A stretch of DNA of 64,000 nucleotides, taken from NCBI GenBank assembly GCA_963677485.1, contig OY781964.1, positions 2,080,001-2,144,000 of the forward strand, given 5' to 3'. A program made the translations under genes and the position numbers. Under the pieces are notes generated by a model, which was given only the letters and a program-made list of their open reading frames with translations, did no database searches and was not told the DNA's origin. Origin of the DNA: Armatimonadota bacterium (GTDB taxonomy: Bacteria > Armatimonadota > HRBIN16). The stretch's first letter is position 1; every line of letters starts with the position of its first letter. Shown one piece after another: positions 20,600 to 28,904 of the stretch.

Positions 20600-21001
20600 C
20601 TACACGCCCGGCAGATAATGGGCTAACCGTAAGATCCAGGCTGCGATCAGCAGTGCCAGACAGGCGATGATAAGTCGCCTTTGCATCTTGCCGCCCGGCC
20701 GGCTGATGAGCTGCCAGATTTCCGGCTTAATCAATATTAACACGAAAATGGTGCTGACTATCCAACCCAGCGGGTGAAACAGCCAAGAATCAACGAATCT
20801 ACCGTGGAAAAAGCAGATGATGCTGCGCCCCATGCCGCAGCCGGGGCAGGGGATGCCGGTGATGAAGTGAAACGGGCAGAATGAAGGCAATATGTATCGC
20901 TGCGAGGCGTGGGCTGCAGGCATCAGTGCCGCAATGCTGATGACTGCGGCACTGATGATTCTGGGTAATTGATTTAACCTACGGCCTGAATGAACTAGCA
21001 C
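20600..21001 (-). CDS. DUF2752 membrane protein
   Basis: CPFHFITGIPCPGCGMGRS...HPLG signature. Confidence 0.9.
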   Translation of the reverse strand: MLVHSGRRLNQLPRIISAAVISIAALMPAAHASQRYILPSFCPFHFITGIPCPGCGMGRSIICFFHGRFVDSWLFHPLGWIVSTIFVLILIKPEIWQLISRPGGKMQRRLIIACLALLIAAWILRLAHYLPGV

Positions 21002-21353
21002 TTCGCCGCCAAACTTCGTTTAAGTGCGTCTGCTCAATGAGTGATGCGACCACTCCAAGACCCAAGAAATTGAGGATCAAGCACAGGACCGACTGATCAT
21101 CTGGATTCATTCCTACGATGGTGCGCATCTGGGCGATTTTTCGGCAATATTTGTAGTCCCAGTATATGGCGTATATACCGCAGGTGATGAACATCAACAG
21201 AATCTCCGTGCCGGGGCTGATGTCGGGCTCACCTAAAAACTCCTGGATGTCTGAAGCAGCCCGATACATCCACCACAGATAGTAAAACCCACAGGTGATG
21301 ATGCCGAAAATCAAAACTAGAGCTGGTTCGCGAATTTCGCCGGTTCTTCGCAT
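20979..21353 (-). CDS. DUF4234 membrane protein
   Basis: Duplicated IITCGFYYLWW / FITCGIYAIYW motif and C-terminal QTHLNEV. Confidence 0.85.
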   Translation of the reverse strand: MRRTGEIREPALVLIFGIITCGFYYLWWMYRAASDIQEFLGEPDISPGTEILLMFITCGIYAIYWDYKYCRKIAQMRTIVGMNPDDQSVLCLILNFLGLGVVASLIEQTHLNEVWRRSASSFRP

Positions 21354-21490
21354 ACTTTACCTTCTATATAGGGTAGGTTGCCTCAGGTATATTTACCGAG
21401 GCTTGAGCATATCATACATCGTTTTGGATGCGTTTACGAATTTAGTTTTGTTTATGTCTGCCATAGTGCCGGCACACCTTGTAAATAACT

Positions 21491-21578
21491 GGTCGTAGGG
21501 GCGTCCCTTGTGGGCGCCCTAACAGGCACTATCGAATGAACAACGATTAGGGCGCCCACAAGGGACGCCCCTACGACC
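21491..21578. repeat. Perfect REP doublet (32-bp inverted arms)
   Basis: GGTCGTAGGGGCGTCCCTTGTGGGCGCCCTAA / TTAGGGCGCCCACAAGGGACGCCCCTACGACC. Confidence 0.85.
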
Positions 21579-21634
21579 GTATCCGTTACAATACGGGTTG
21601 TCTTGAACTCAAGAGCTGTGCTGTCTCATAACCA

Positions 21635-23950
21635 TCAGTGGCTGATGGACTCAATTGAATGCGCGGCCACCAGCACATCCTTCCCGGCATACCTGGCCTT
21701 CGCGGCGGTGCCGCTGGTGTTCAACAGCAGCACGCTGCCGTCGCGGAACCGCGTGACATACACATCGCCGTCAGTTTCGACCATGGGATACGGTGCCTTA
21801 GCACCTGGCAGGAATCGGCCCGGATGGAACACCGCCTCGCGCGCGAACTGCTTCAACTCCAGATCGCAGCGGGGCACACTGACCACCGCGCCAAGACCCA
21901 GTCGTTTGGTATAGGGCGGTTTCGCCAGTTGGTCCAGGCTCAGCGTATTCATCATGCCAATCCGCGGTGCGCGGGTTAGCTGCTCTGCGTCGACATCCCC
22001 GCTACCCACGGCCACAGAGGCCACTGCCATGCCCAGCTTGCGCAGGTCGGTATCTGAGCCCTGCCATGTCTGCCCGCCGAACTGCAGCCTGATGTTCTTG
22101 CGGCCGGCAATCTGCGCCGCGGAGAGCTGGAAGCTGATTACCTGCAGCCCGGCTCCCTGTGGTTTTGCCACCACCTGGCCATCTACCAGCAGCAGTTGTT
22201 CGTTGCCCTGCTGGTCTTTCAACGCCGCCCTCACCGCAACCTTGATGCCGTTCTTGCCGGGCACTGGCAGGTCGACTGCAGATCCGTCTGTGCTCCATCG
22301 GTAACTGGTGTCCGGAGCCACGAAGGCGTTGCCGATTTCGGCTCCATGCCATGGCCCAGCCAGGTTCATGACATCCGATTCACTGCCCACATCGACCCGA
22401 TACCTGTCGGGAACCTGATCGGGTAGTTGGTCGACCACCGGCAGCCAGCGAAACGACCCCGCTTCGACGGTCTCCACCCTGGCGTTGCACTGCAGCACCA
22501 GCAAACCGCCAGCCCGCACCCAATTCTCCAGTTCACGCGCCGTCGACGCCTCAATCACAGGCCCATCCAGCCAGAAGAGCACCCGCTTATGCTTCAGCAC
22601 ACCGGCCGATACCAACCGCTCATCCACGATGTCGAAGTCGGTCACACTGCGCAGTGCCGAACCCGCCTGCCAGTACCGGCGCATCAGGCCCAGGTCCCAG
22701 GAGGTGCGGTTGAGAAACAGGGCCACATCCACATCCGGTTCGCGCTTCACCAGGTATTTGCGAAGCCCGCGGTATCTGGTCCCGCGAACACCTTCGGGTT
22801 CAGGATCATAAGTGAACAGCTCATCGGCTCCCGAGGCGGTGGCGTTATACACCCGCGCCGCGATGGCCTCGTCACTCACCCCGCCGGCCGGTTCAAACCC
22901 GTAGAAGGTGCCGTAGAAGCGGCACGAGGTGCCCACCTGGCGGGTCAGCATGTAGTTCATCCCGTAGTCGCTGGCCTCGTTGGTGACCCTCAGCCCGGCT
23001 TTATATTTGGCGACCAGCTCCGCCTGAGCGGTGATATCGGCTCCCAGCATCGACTGGCCATCCCCGCCCACACACGCCACGATGCGCGACTTCGGCATAT
23101 ACCGCTTGGTCTCACGCAGCCAGAACTCCAGATAGTCTGTCATGGCCTGGCAGTACCAGCGCTGCAGGTCCAGGCGGGCCCGCCGGTTGGGAGCATCTTT
23201 CGGAATGAACGGCTGCACCGCATCGAAACTGGCGTGTGTCGTTCCCCAGGCCTTATTCAGCGATGCGATGCTTTTATACTGCGCACTCATGGTGCGCTGA
23301 AAGTCCGCCCGGGCATAGCTGTCGCCGCACCAGTATCCTGAGTGGACGTGGTAGGGCGCATCGAGGTAGGTCCAGATGTTCCCGCCCGCGGTATACAGTG
23401 TCTCACCGAAGTCGCCAGATATGCCCAGCAGCACGCTTTCGATCCGAGTCTCATCGAAATGCTCCGCAAACCGCCGGATGAACTCCGAGACGTGCGGCCG
23501 CAGATGCGGGTTCCAGATCGACTGGGTGGCGTTGGCCTCGCCGTGCTCCAGGCAGACCGCCGGCACGTGCTCCTTCGATGCCTTGAACCAGGGCGGCGTG
23601 GCGTAGGCTGGCCCGGCGATCAAGAAGGGCAGCCACCGGATACCGGCTTTCTTCGCGGCCTGATCATGAAGATCGAAATAGGAGAAATCCCACTTGCCCT
23701 GCTGAGGTTCACAGATCCACCACTTCACATACGGCTCCTGCGCTGTGATGCCCTCCTTTGCGGCTATCATGAAGCGGTTGTTGATCGCCTCTTCCGCTTC
23801 CTGACGGCTATACAGCTTTTCCCCAGACGGCACGACCGGCTGGAAGCCCACGTCGTTGCCCGCGGAATAGAACATCGGCGCACCGATGGGCAGCCGTCCT
23901 GAGGGCACCATGGTGGATGGCTTCATTGGGTTCTCTGGTTTGCTGGCCAT
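21635..23950 (-). CDS. GH14/GH42-like glycoside hydrolase with accessory beta-sandwich insert
   Basis: YVKWWICEPQQGKWDFSYFD, LGISGDFGE, SIASLNKAWG, TNE and GFEPA motifs. Start moved to ATG 23950 (GGAGAG RBS) because the longer ORF reads through REP repeats. Confidence 0.7.
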   Translation of the reverse strand: MASKPENPMKPSTMVPSGRLPIGAPMFYSAGNDVGFQPVVPSGEKLYSRQEAEEAINNRFMIAAKEGITAQEPYVKWWICEPQQGKWDFSYFDLHDQAAKKAGIRWLPFLIAGPAYATPPWFKASKEHVPAVCLEHGEANATQSIWNPHLRPHVSEFIRRFAEHFDETRIESVLLGISGDFGETLYTAGGNIWTYLDAPYHVHSGYWCGDSYARADFQRTMSAQYKSIASLNKAWGTTHASFDAVQPFIPKDAPNRRARLDLQRWYCQAMTDYLEFWLRETKRYMPKSRIVACVGGDGQSMLGADITAQAELVAKYKAGLRVTNEASDYGMNYMLTRQVGTSCRFYGTFYGFEPAGGVSDEAIAARVYNATASGADELFTYDPEPEGVRGTRYRGLRKYLVKREPDVDVALFLNRTSWDLGLMRRYWQAGSALRSVTDFDIVDERLVSAGVLKHKRVLFWLDGPVIEASTARELENWVRAGGLLVLQCNARVETVEAGSFRWLPVVDQLPDQVPDRYRVDVGSESDVMNLAGPWHGAEIGNAFVAPDTSYRWSTDGSAVDLPVPGKNGIKVAVRAALKDQQGNEQLLLVDGQVVAKPQGAGLQVISFQLSAAQIAGRKNIRLQFGGQTWQGSDTDLRKLGMAVASVAVGSGDVDAEQLTRAPRIGMMNTLSLDQLAKPPYTKRLGLGAVVSVPRCDLELKQFAREAVFHPGRFLPGAKAPYPMVETDGDVYVTRFRDGSVLLLNTSGTAAKARYAGKDVLVAAHSIESISH

Positions 23951-23992
23951 ATGGGTCTCTCCGATCTGTTGTTTAGTCTGTGTATACGATGT

Positions 23993-24175
23993 GTAGGGGC
24001 ATGGCGTGCCGTGCCCTGGGCGATGCATGCCCATACGTTTCAAACGGGACCGTAGGGGCGGGGTCTCCCCGCCCAATGTCGCCCGCCGCCCAAATTGCCC
24101 CCAGGGCGGGGTCTCCCCGCCTAATTCCGCCTGCGGCCCAAATTGCCCCCCAGGGCGGGGAGACCCCGCCCCTAC
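23993..24175. repeat. BIME-like cluster of GTAG-REP units
   Basis: GTAGGGGCATGGCGTGCCGTGCCC plus three GGGCGGGGTCTCCCCGCC-type hairpins, separated by the repeated linker GCCCAAATTGCCCCC. Confidence 0.8.
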
Positions 24176-24182
24176 AATCCCG

Positions 24183-25157
24183 TTACCGGTTCAATTCGGC
24201 CGCGATACGCTTCAGCGCCTCGTAGGCGGGTTTGGGTGCCAGTTTGGCGGTGAGAATACCCATCGAATCCTCAGGGCCCACGATGGCGCGGTCATAATCC
24301 TTCAAGGTGAACCAAAACACCGCGGCGATTTGGGGTAGACGGTAAAGCGCTCGGAAGCTCTCTTCCAGCAGTTTGGCCTGAGCGGCCGGCGTATCCAGCT
24401 CGTTGGTGCCGCAGCCGATCTCGGTCACCCACAAGGGCTTCTGAGCATCGCCGTTTTTGGCCATCACCGCGATGGTGTCTTTGATCATGCGGATCATATA
24501 CTCCGCACCTTCCTCCGGCCTGGGCAGCGAATAGGGGTGGATGTTGGCCACATCAAACCACCGCCGGCCGCCAGCATCGTAGATCGCTTGAAGGAAATTC
24601 GGCGTCTTCACCGGCGACCAGGGGTTGGCGATCACGCCGTTCATCTGCAGACCACCCAACACCACCGTGCAACTGGGGTCAGCCGCCTTGCACGCTCGGT
24701 AAGCCGATTTCAAAAAGCGCATGAACTGGTCCACATCCGGCAGCGGACGCCAGAAATCCACGCCGTTTTGCTCGTTCCATATCTCCCAGTGGTGGATCTC
24801 TTTTCGGTAACGGCGCACCACGGTGGCCACATACCGGCCCCAATCGGCCACACCCTCCGGCGGGTAGGTGTCAAACCATCCCTCCAGCTTCTTACCCTCG
24901 GTGCCGTTGCTCCAGGCAGGGAAGGACATCAGACTGCCCAGGATGCCGATATGAGCCTTTGTGAGTTTCTCGATGATGACATCAATCCTGGCGAAATCCC
25001 TCCGCCCCTTCGCGGGTTCCACCGTCACCCACCGGATGGGCATGCGCACATGGGTGACCCCTGCCGCCTTCATCAGCGCGATCAGTTGGTCGTCCTCTTT
25101 CGGTTCCGACCAGGGAAAGTCATGGTTGATGCCTATGATCTTGGGCTGGGGTTTCAT
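24183..25157 (-). CDS. Clan GH-A glycoside hydrolase (GH39/GH5-like)
   Basis: WEIWNEQN acid/base motif, NIHPY, and PLWVTEIG nucleophile motif. Confidence 0.8.
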   Translation of the reverse strand: MKPQPKIIGINHDFPWSEPKEDDQLIALMKAAGVTHVRMPIRWVTVEPAKGRRDFARIDVIIEKLTKAHIGILGSLMSFPAWSNGTEGKKLEGWFDTYPPEGVADWGRYVATVVRRYRKEIHHWEIWNEQNGVDFWRPLPDVDQFMRFLKSAYRACKAADPSCTVVLGGLQMNGVIANPWSPVKTPNFLQAIYDAGGRRWFDVANIHPYSLPRPEEGAEYMIRMIKDTIAVMAKNGDAQKPLWVTEIGCGTNELDTPAAQAKLLEESFRALYRLPQIAAVFWFTLKDYDRAIVGPEDSMGILTAKLAPKPAYEALKRIAAELNR

Positions 25158-25238
25158 GTGGGCTCTCCATCTCGGTTGGTGTTGATAGGTATTAGTTCGA
25201 CCACCGGCGGGGCTTTTCCTTTAGGTGTGACCATTGCA

Positions 25239-25381
25239 GGGCGGATGACCCCGCCTCTACTAACGTCACGGACATGGTATACCATGCCTCTTCCCATCTG
25301 AACCCATCCGTGTCATCTGCGTAATCCGTGGTTCAGACATCCGTGCTCTTCGCGTCCAGGGCGGGGAAACCCCGCCCCTAC
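25239..25381. repeat. Composite repeat spacer (two REP arms plus 9-bp periodic module D)
   Basis: GGGCGGATGACCCCGCCTCTAC, ATCCGTGTCATCTGCGTAATCCGTGGTTCAGACA, GGGCGGGGAAACCCCGCCCCTAC. Confidence 0.7.
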
Positions 25382-25423
25382 AACGTTACGCATACATCAA
25401 ATCGCACTGAGATTCGTCCACCC

Positions 25424-26629
25424 TCATTTCAGCTTAATCAGCACACCCTGACCGGGAGCGAGGCCGTAGGCCCAGGCGATGAACGGCTTGGTTTTGCCAC
25501 TGATGGGGCACACATACTCCAGCGATTTGGCCGGTGTCCTGAACTCGTAGCTGGGTATCGAGCTATGCAGCAGGCTCTTGTTGACCACCATCACATACCG
25601 CGAGCCATCCTCATGGGTGAAGTCGCCCACAACAAACTCCCCGCCGCTGATGGTCATAATGAGTGAATTCTCAATCGGGCCATGGTTGGCTTCCGGGATG
25701 TCTCCGCCGATATGGTAGACATCATCCGAGTGCAACTTGACGAGTGTGGGAGCCAGGTTGAGCACCTTGCGGTTGGTGTTGCGCAGCCATTCCCAGGTTT
25801 GGGTCTTCTCGCCGAACTCATCCAGCGGGCCCTCACGGAAGTTGCCCAAATCGGGTGCCTCTAATATCGGCAAAGAGCCACTGCAGAATTTGTAATAACT
25901 GATACCTCTGGCACCATACACCAGTGACCCATAGACCTGCAGCCTGATGTCCGCAGCCGTCACCTCACGGTATCCCCAGTGGGCAGAGGTCAGCACGATG
26001 TTCCAGAAGGGGATGTTGTTCTTGATGCCTGCTGTGCGCACCTTAGCGATGTTCGTCCAGAAACCGGCTCCAAAACCTCCGTCCTCACCCAGAACATAGC
26101 GATCATAGGAGAGTATGGTCGGTTTGCAGATTTTGACGTAGTCTTCCAGATATTTGTCGTAGCTTTCACCGTCGCCGGGCAGCAGGTTCACATAGGCGAA
26201 CTTGCCGGGTGCCAGTTGGTGTACCACATCCATGGTAGCGGCCAATGCGGGATATTCGGCCGCACTAGGCTCATCCTTCAAATGGTATCCGTAGACGGCG
26301 GGATGACCTTTCACATCTTTGATCACGGCTGGAAGTGCCTTCTTGGCGCGTTCAAAGTCAAAAGGCGCATCCCAACGGTCGCCTGCGATGCGTTCATCGA
26401 ACACAATTGCCTTCAAGCCGAACTTTTTGCAAGTATCCAGCGCCTTGATCGGCACAAACGCCACCATGTTAATACCGCAATCTGCCATCGCTTTCATAGT
26501 TTTGGCGTCATCTGCGTAATCCCATGCCATCAGCGAAAAGGCCGGCTTCTGGTCGGCAGCGTAGGCCGGTTTCAGCGCGATGATCGCCAGTGATATCACG
26601 CATAGTATGATACAGAGTGCTGACTGCAT
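25424..26629 (-). CDS. Secreted TIM-barrel glycoside hydrolase-like protein
   Basis: Signal peptide. HPAVYGYHLKDEP, YVNLLP, ILSYDRY and GARGISYY motifs. Confidence 0.65.
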   Translation of the reverse strand: MQSALCIILCVISLAIIALKPAYAADQKPAFSLMAWDYADDAKTMKAMADCGINMVAFVPIKALDTCKKFGLKAIVFDERIAGDRWDAPFDFERAKKALPAVIKDVKGHPAVYGYHLKDEPSAAEYPALAATMDVVHQLAPGKFAYVNLLPGDGESYDKYLEDYVKICKPTILSYDRYVLGEDGGFGAGFWTNIAKVRTAGIKNNIPFWNIVLTSAHWGYREVTAADIRLQVYGSLVYGARGISYYKFCSGSLPILEAPDLGNFREGPLDEFGEKTQTWEWLRNTNRKVLNLAPTLVKLHSDDVYHIGGDIPEANHGPIENSLIMTISGGEFVVGDFTHEDGSRYVMVVNKSLLHSSIPSYEFRTPAKSLEYVCPISGKTKPFIAWAYGLAPGQGVLIKLK

Positions 26630-26686
26630 GGGTACAACCTCCGGTGATGCTTGTTTGGCGGTGCCATTTACCAGTAGTGTATCAAG

Positions 26687-28450
26687 CTACAACCGGATGC
26701 GCTTGCACATGGGGAAGTCGGCCGTCAGCTCGAACTTCACAACCTTCTGCGAGCCGGGCAGGCGAACCTGCACCTGCTGGGTTCCGCTGTTGTACGGGTT
26801 ACACGCCACCACCAGCATCAGCTTGCCATCGGCACTGAGTTTCACACGCACCAGCGGCTCTTTGTACCAGTTGCAGTAACTGGGGTAACGCTCATCACCG
26901 GTTCGCCACTTCTTGCCAGTGCTGGTGTAGATCTCAGGCATCTGCCATTCGGTCTTGGCTTCAATGATGTCACGGTTCTGGCTAGCTTGCCACATCCCCA
27001 GCACATGATAGTTGTAGAACCCGAAGTAGCTGAGATAGTAAGTGGCACTGACGTCTTTACCATTCACCTTATGTGAACTGCCAATCGGCCAACCTTCAGG
27101 GCTGAGATCCCCCATATCGGCGGGGTCCTCGCTGTAGTTGCTGCCCACTTCCCAGCAGTAGGCGCCGTCCATGCGGGTATGGCAAAACAGCGACATCGCC
27201 CAGGTCAGACTCGGTGGGGCGGAATGCTTCACCCCACGAACCTGCGTGGTGCCATCCGGCCGTGGGAACTGCAGCACTGAGAGGGGGTAGCCATCCACAA
27301 ACTCGGTTTGTATCCAGGTCGATAGCACGTTGGGCACATCGGGATGCAGCAGCTTGCCGATCTCCCACTCCTGCACCACCGCATAAAGGTGCGCGGGATT
27401 ACCGCCGTTGATATAGTACACGCTGGGGTTGCCGAAGTTCAGCTTGCCCTCAGTCAGCACGCGGTTGTCTGCGACTTTAGGGTTTTCATACTGCGCCTTC
27501 CATTGCGCGGCGGCCTTTTCGTTGACCACGCCCTGCGGACGCCCTGCCTCATCACGCTCATCGAAAATCCGCAGTGAATGAACAGCAGAACCCACTCCCC
27601 AGCAGCCGATCAGACATTTGGGATAGGCCTTGCGGATATCGCCAATCAAATCCCCGAACTTGCGATACTGCGCGTCATTCCATCGCCAGACATCGGCGTT
27701 CTCAAAGTCGGCGATTGCAATCTGCATTCTCTGACCGCGGCCCTTCCAGCCGTCATTGTGCCATTTGCTGGTGTTGCCGCCGTCTTTCATATCCAGCCAC
27801 TCGGCGTCGCCAAACACGCGGCATTGCTGACTCCATCCCGGCACATGGCCGTTGGGTGTTAAGGTGTTTTCGGCCACTTGGGTGAAGCCATAGCTCAGCA
27901 GCGGGTTCCGGCCATTCCGGTCAGGACGGTCATAGCTACCAGCCCCTTCCCAGCACCCGAATTTGCCTTTCGGAAGCGACCATCCACTGGGGAACCAGTT
28001 ACCCTCGTAGAAACTCGGGCCTAACTGACCAACGGGCACTCGAAACCAGGCGGGCAGATCCGCCTTCCGTTTGCCGCCAAGAAGCAGAATCTGCTGGTAG
28101 TTCTCGCTCACCATCCAGGGTTTTGCTAACTCAAATATCTCCACCACGATGTTGACCGGCATCCCAGTCAGCGACGCATCAAACTTCACGGCTTTCAACG
28201 GCTGGTCAGTGGAGGGGACCATGTTGAACTTCCACCGCTTGCCCATACCAGATGGCGGAAGGTAACTGTCCCAGCACCGGTCGGTGACGGTCAGACCATC
28301 GGAGGCGATTTGGCAGTCCATCACCTGCTTGCCATCGCGATTGAATACACCTTTGGTCAGCACAGGCCAGATGACGGCGGCTTTGACGGTGGTCTGGGCG
28401 GGTGGGTCAGGCCATTGGGCCAGGTTATTCGGTCGTGGCTTGGTGTTCAT
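26687..28450 (-). CDS. Hypothetical Trp-rich protein, possibly GH-like
   Basis: 587-aa ORF with AGGAG RBS. No family recognised. Confidence 0.6.
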   Translation of the reverse strand: MNTKPRPNNLAQWPDPPAQTTVKAAVIWPVLTKGVFNRDGKQVMDCQIASDGLTVTDRCWDSYLPPSGMGKRWKFNMVPSTDQPLKAVKFDASLTGMPVNIVVEIFELAKPWMVSENYQQILLLGGKRKADLPAWFRVPVGQLGPSFYEGNWFPSGWSLPKGKFGCWEGAGSYDRPDRNGRNPLLSYGFTQVAENTLTPNGHVPGWSQQCRVFGDAEWLDMKDGGNTSKWHNDGWKGRGQRMQIAIADFENADVWRWNDAQYRKFGDLIGDIRKAYPKCLIGCWGVGSAVHSLRIFDERDEAGRPQGVVNEKAAAQWKAQYENPKVADNRVLTEGKLNFGNPSVYYINGGNPAHLYAVVQEWEIGKLLHPDVPNVLSTWIQTEFVDGYPLSVLQFPRPDGTTQVRGVKHSAPPSLTWAMSLFCHTRMDGAYCWEVGSNYSEDPADMGDLSPEGWPIGSSHKVNGKDVSATYYLSYFGFYNYHVLGMWQASQNRDIIEAKTEWQMPEIYTSTGKKWRTGDERYPSYCNWYKEPLVRVKLSADGKLMLVVACNPYNSGTQQVQVRLPGSQKVVKFELTADFPMCKRIRL

Positions 28451-28517
28451 AAGGGCTCCTGAATGATAGAGATTTAGACATATTTAGTATTCATATCCTG
28501 TAATGGTCATTGGCCAT

Positions 28518-28752
28518 TACCGGCCTGCGTTCCGGCGGGTAGGGGGAAGGCCACCCTCCCTTCGCGTTCTTCGCGTCTTCGCGTGAGACCTCCCGACAAG
28601 AGCCAATCAGGAGATTGGCGTTCCCAGGGGCTAACCGCCAGACCGGCGCGGTCTTGCATGAAACAAGTCGTAGGGGCCACCCTTGTGGTGGCCCTAAACA
28701 CGAACTATCGAATGAACGACGATTAGGGCGCCCACAAGGGACGCCCCTACGA
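28518..28752. repeat. Composite spacer of five repeat modules (F, E, C, B and a REP doublet)
   Basis: Each block has near-identical copies elsewhere in the window (47636, 38072, 37974, 57775, 14679/21495). Confidence 0.8.
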
Positions 28753-28855
28753 TATAGCGGGCCATAGTGACGGCGGTTTACGTTGTGATGTTAGTATACT
28801 GTGAATTTGACGACACAAATCGGATTTATGTGCCGTGTTCTTAAGCCAGATCACC

Positions 28856-28882
28856 AAAAAAAGGGCACCCCGAAGGGTGCCC
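28856..28882 (-). terminator. Rho-independent terminator of hppA
   Basis: GGGCACCC-TTCG-GGGTGCCC-TTTTTTT on the minus strand. Confidence 0.9.
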
Positions 28883-28904
28883 CAGATTACGGACGCGGAA
28901 CAGC

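Noticed and set aside
23951-24076. N-terminal extensions in the ORF track (also 49278-49610, 33349-33528, 1623-1697, 35621-35737)
   Set aside because: They read through repeats, promoters or the previous gene. Downstream starts have better RBS and match family N-termini.
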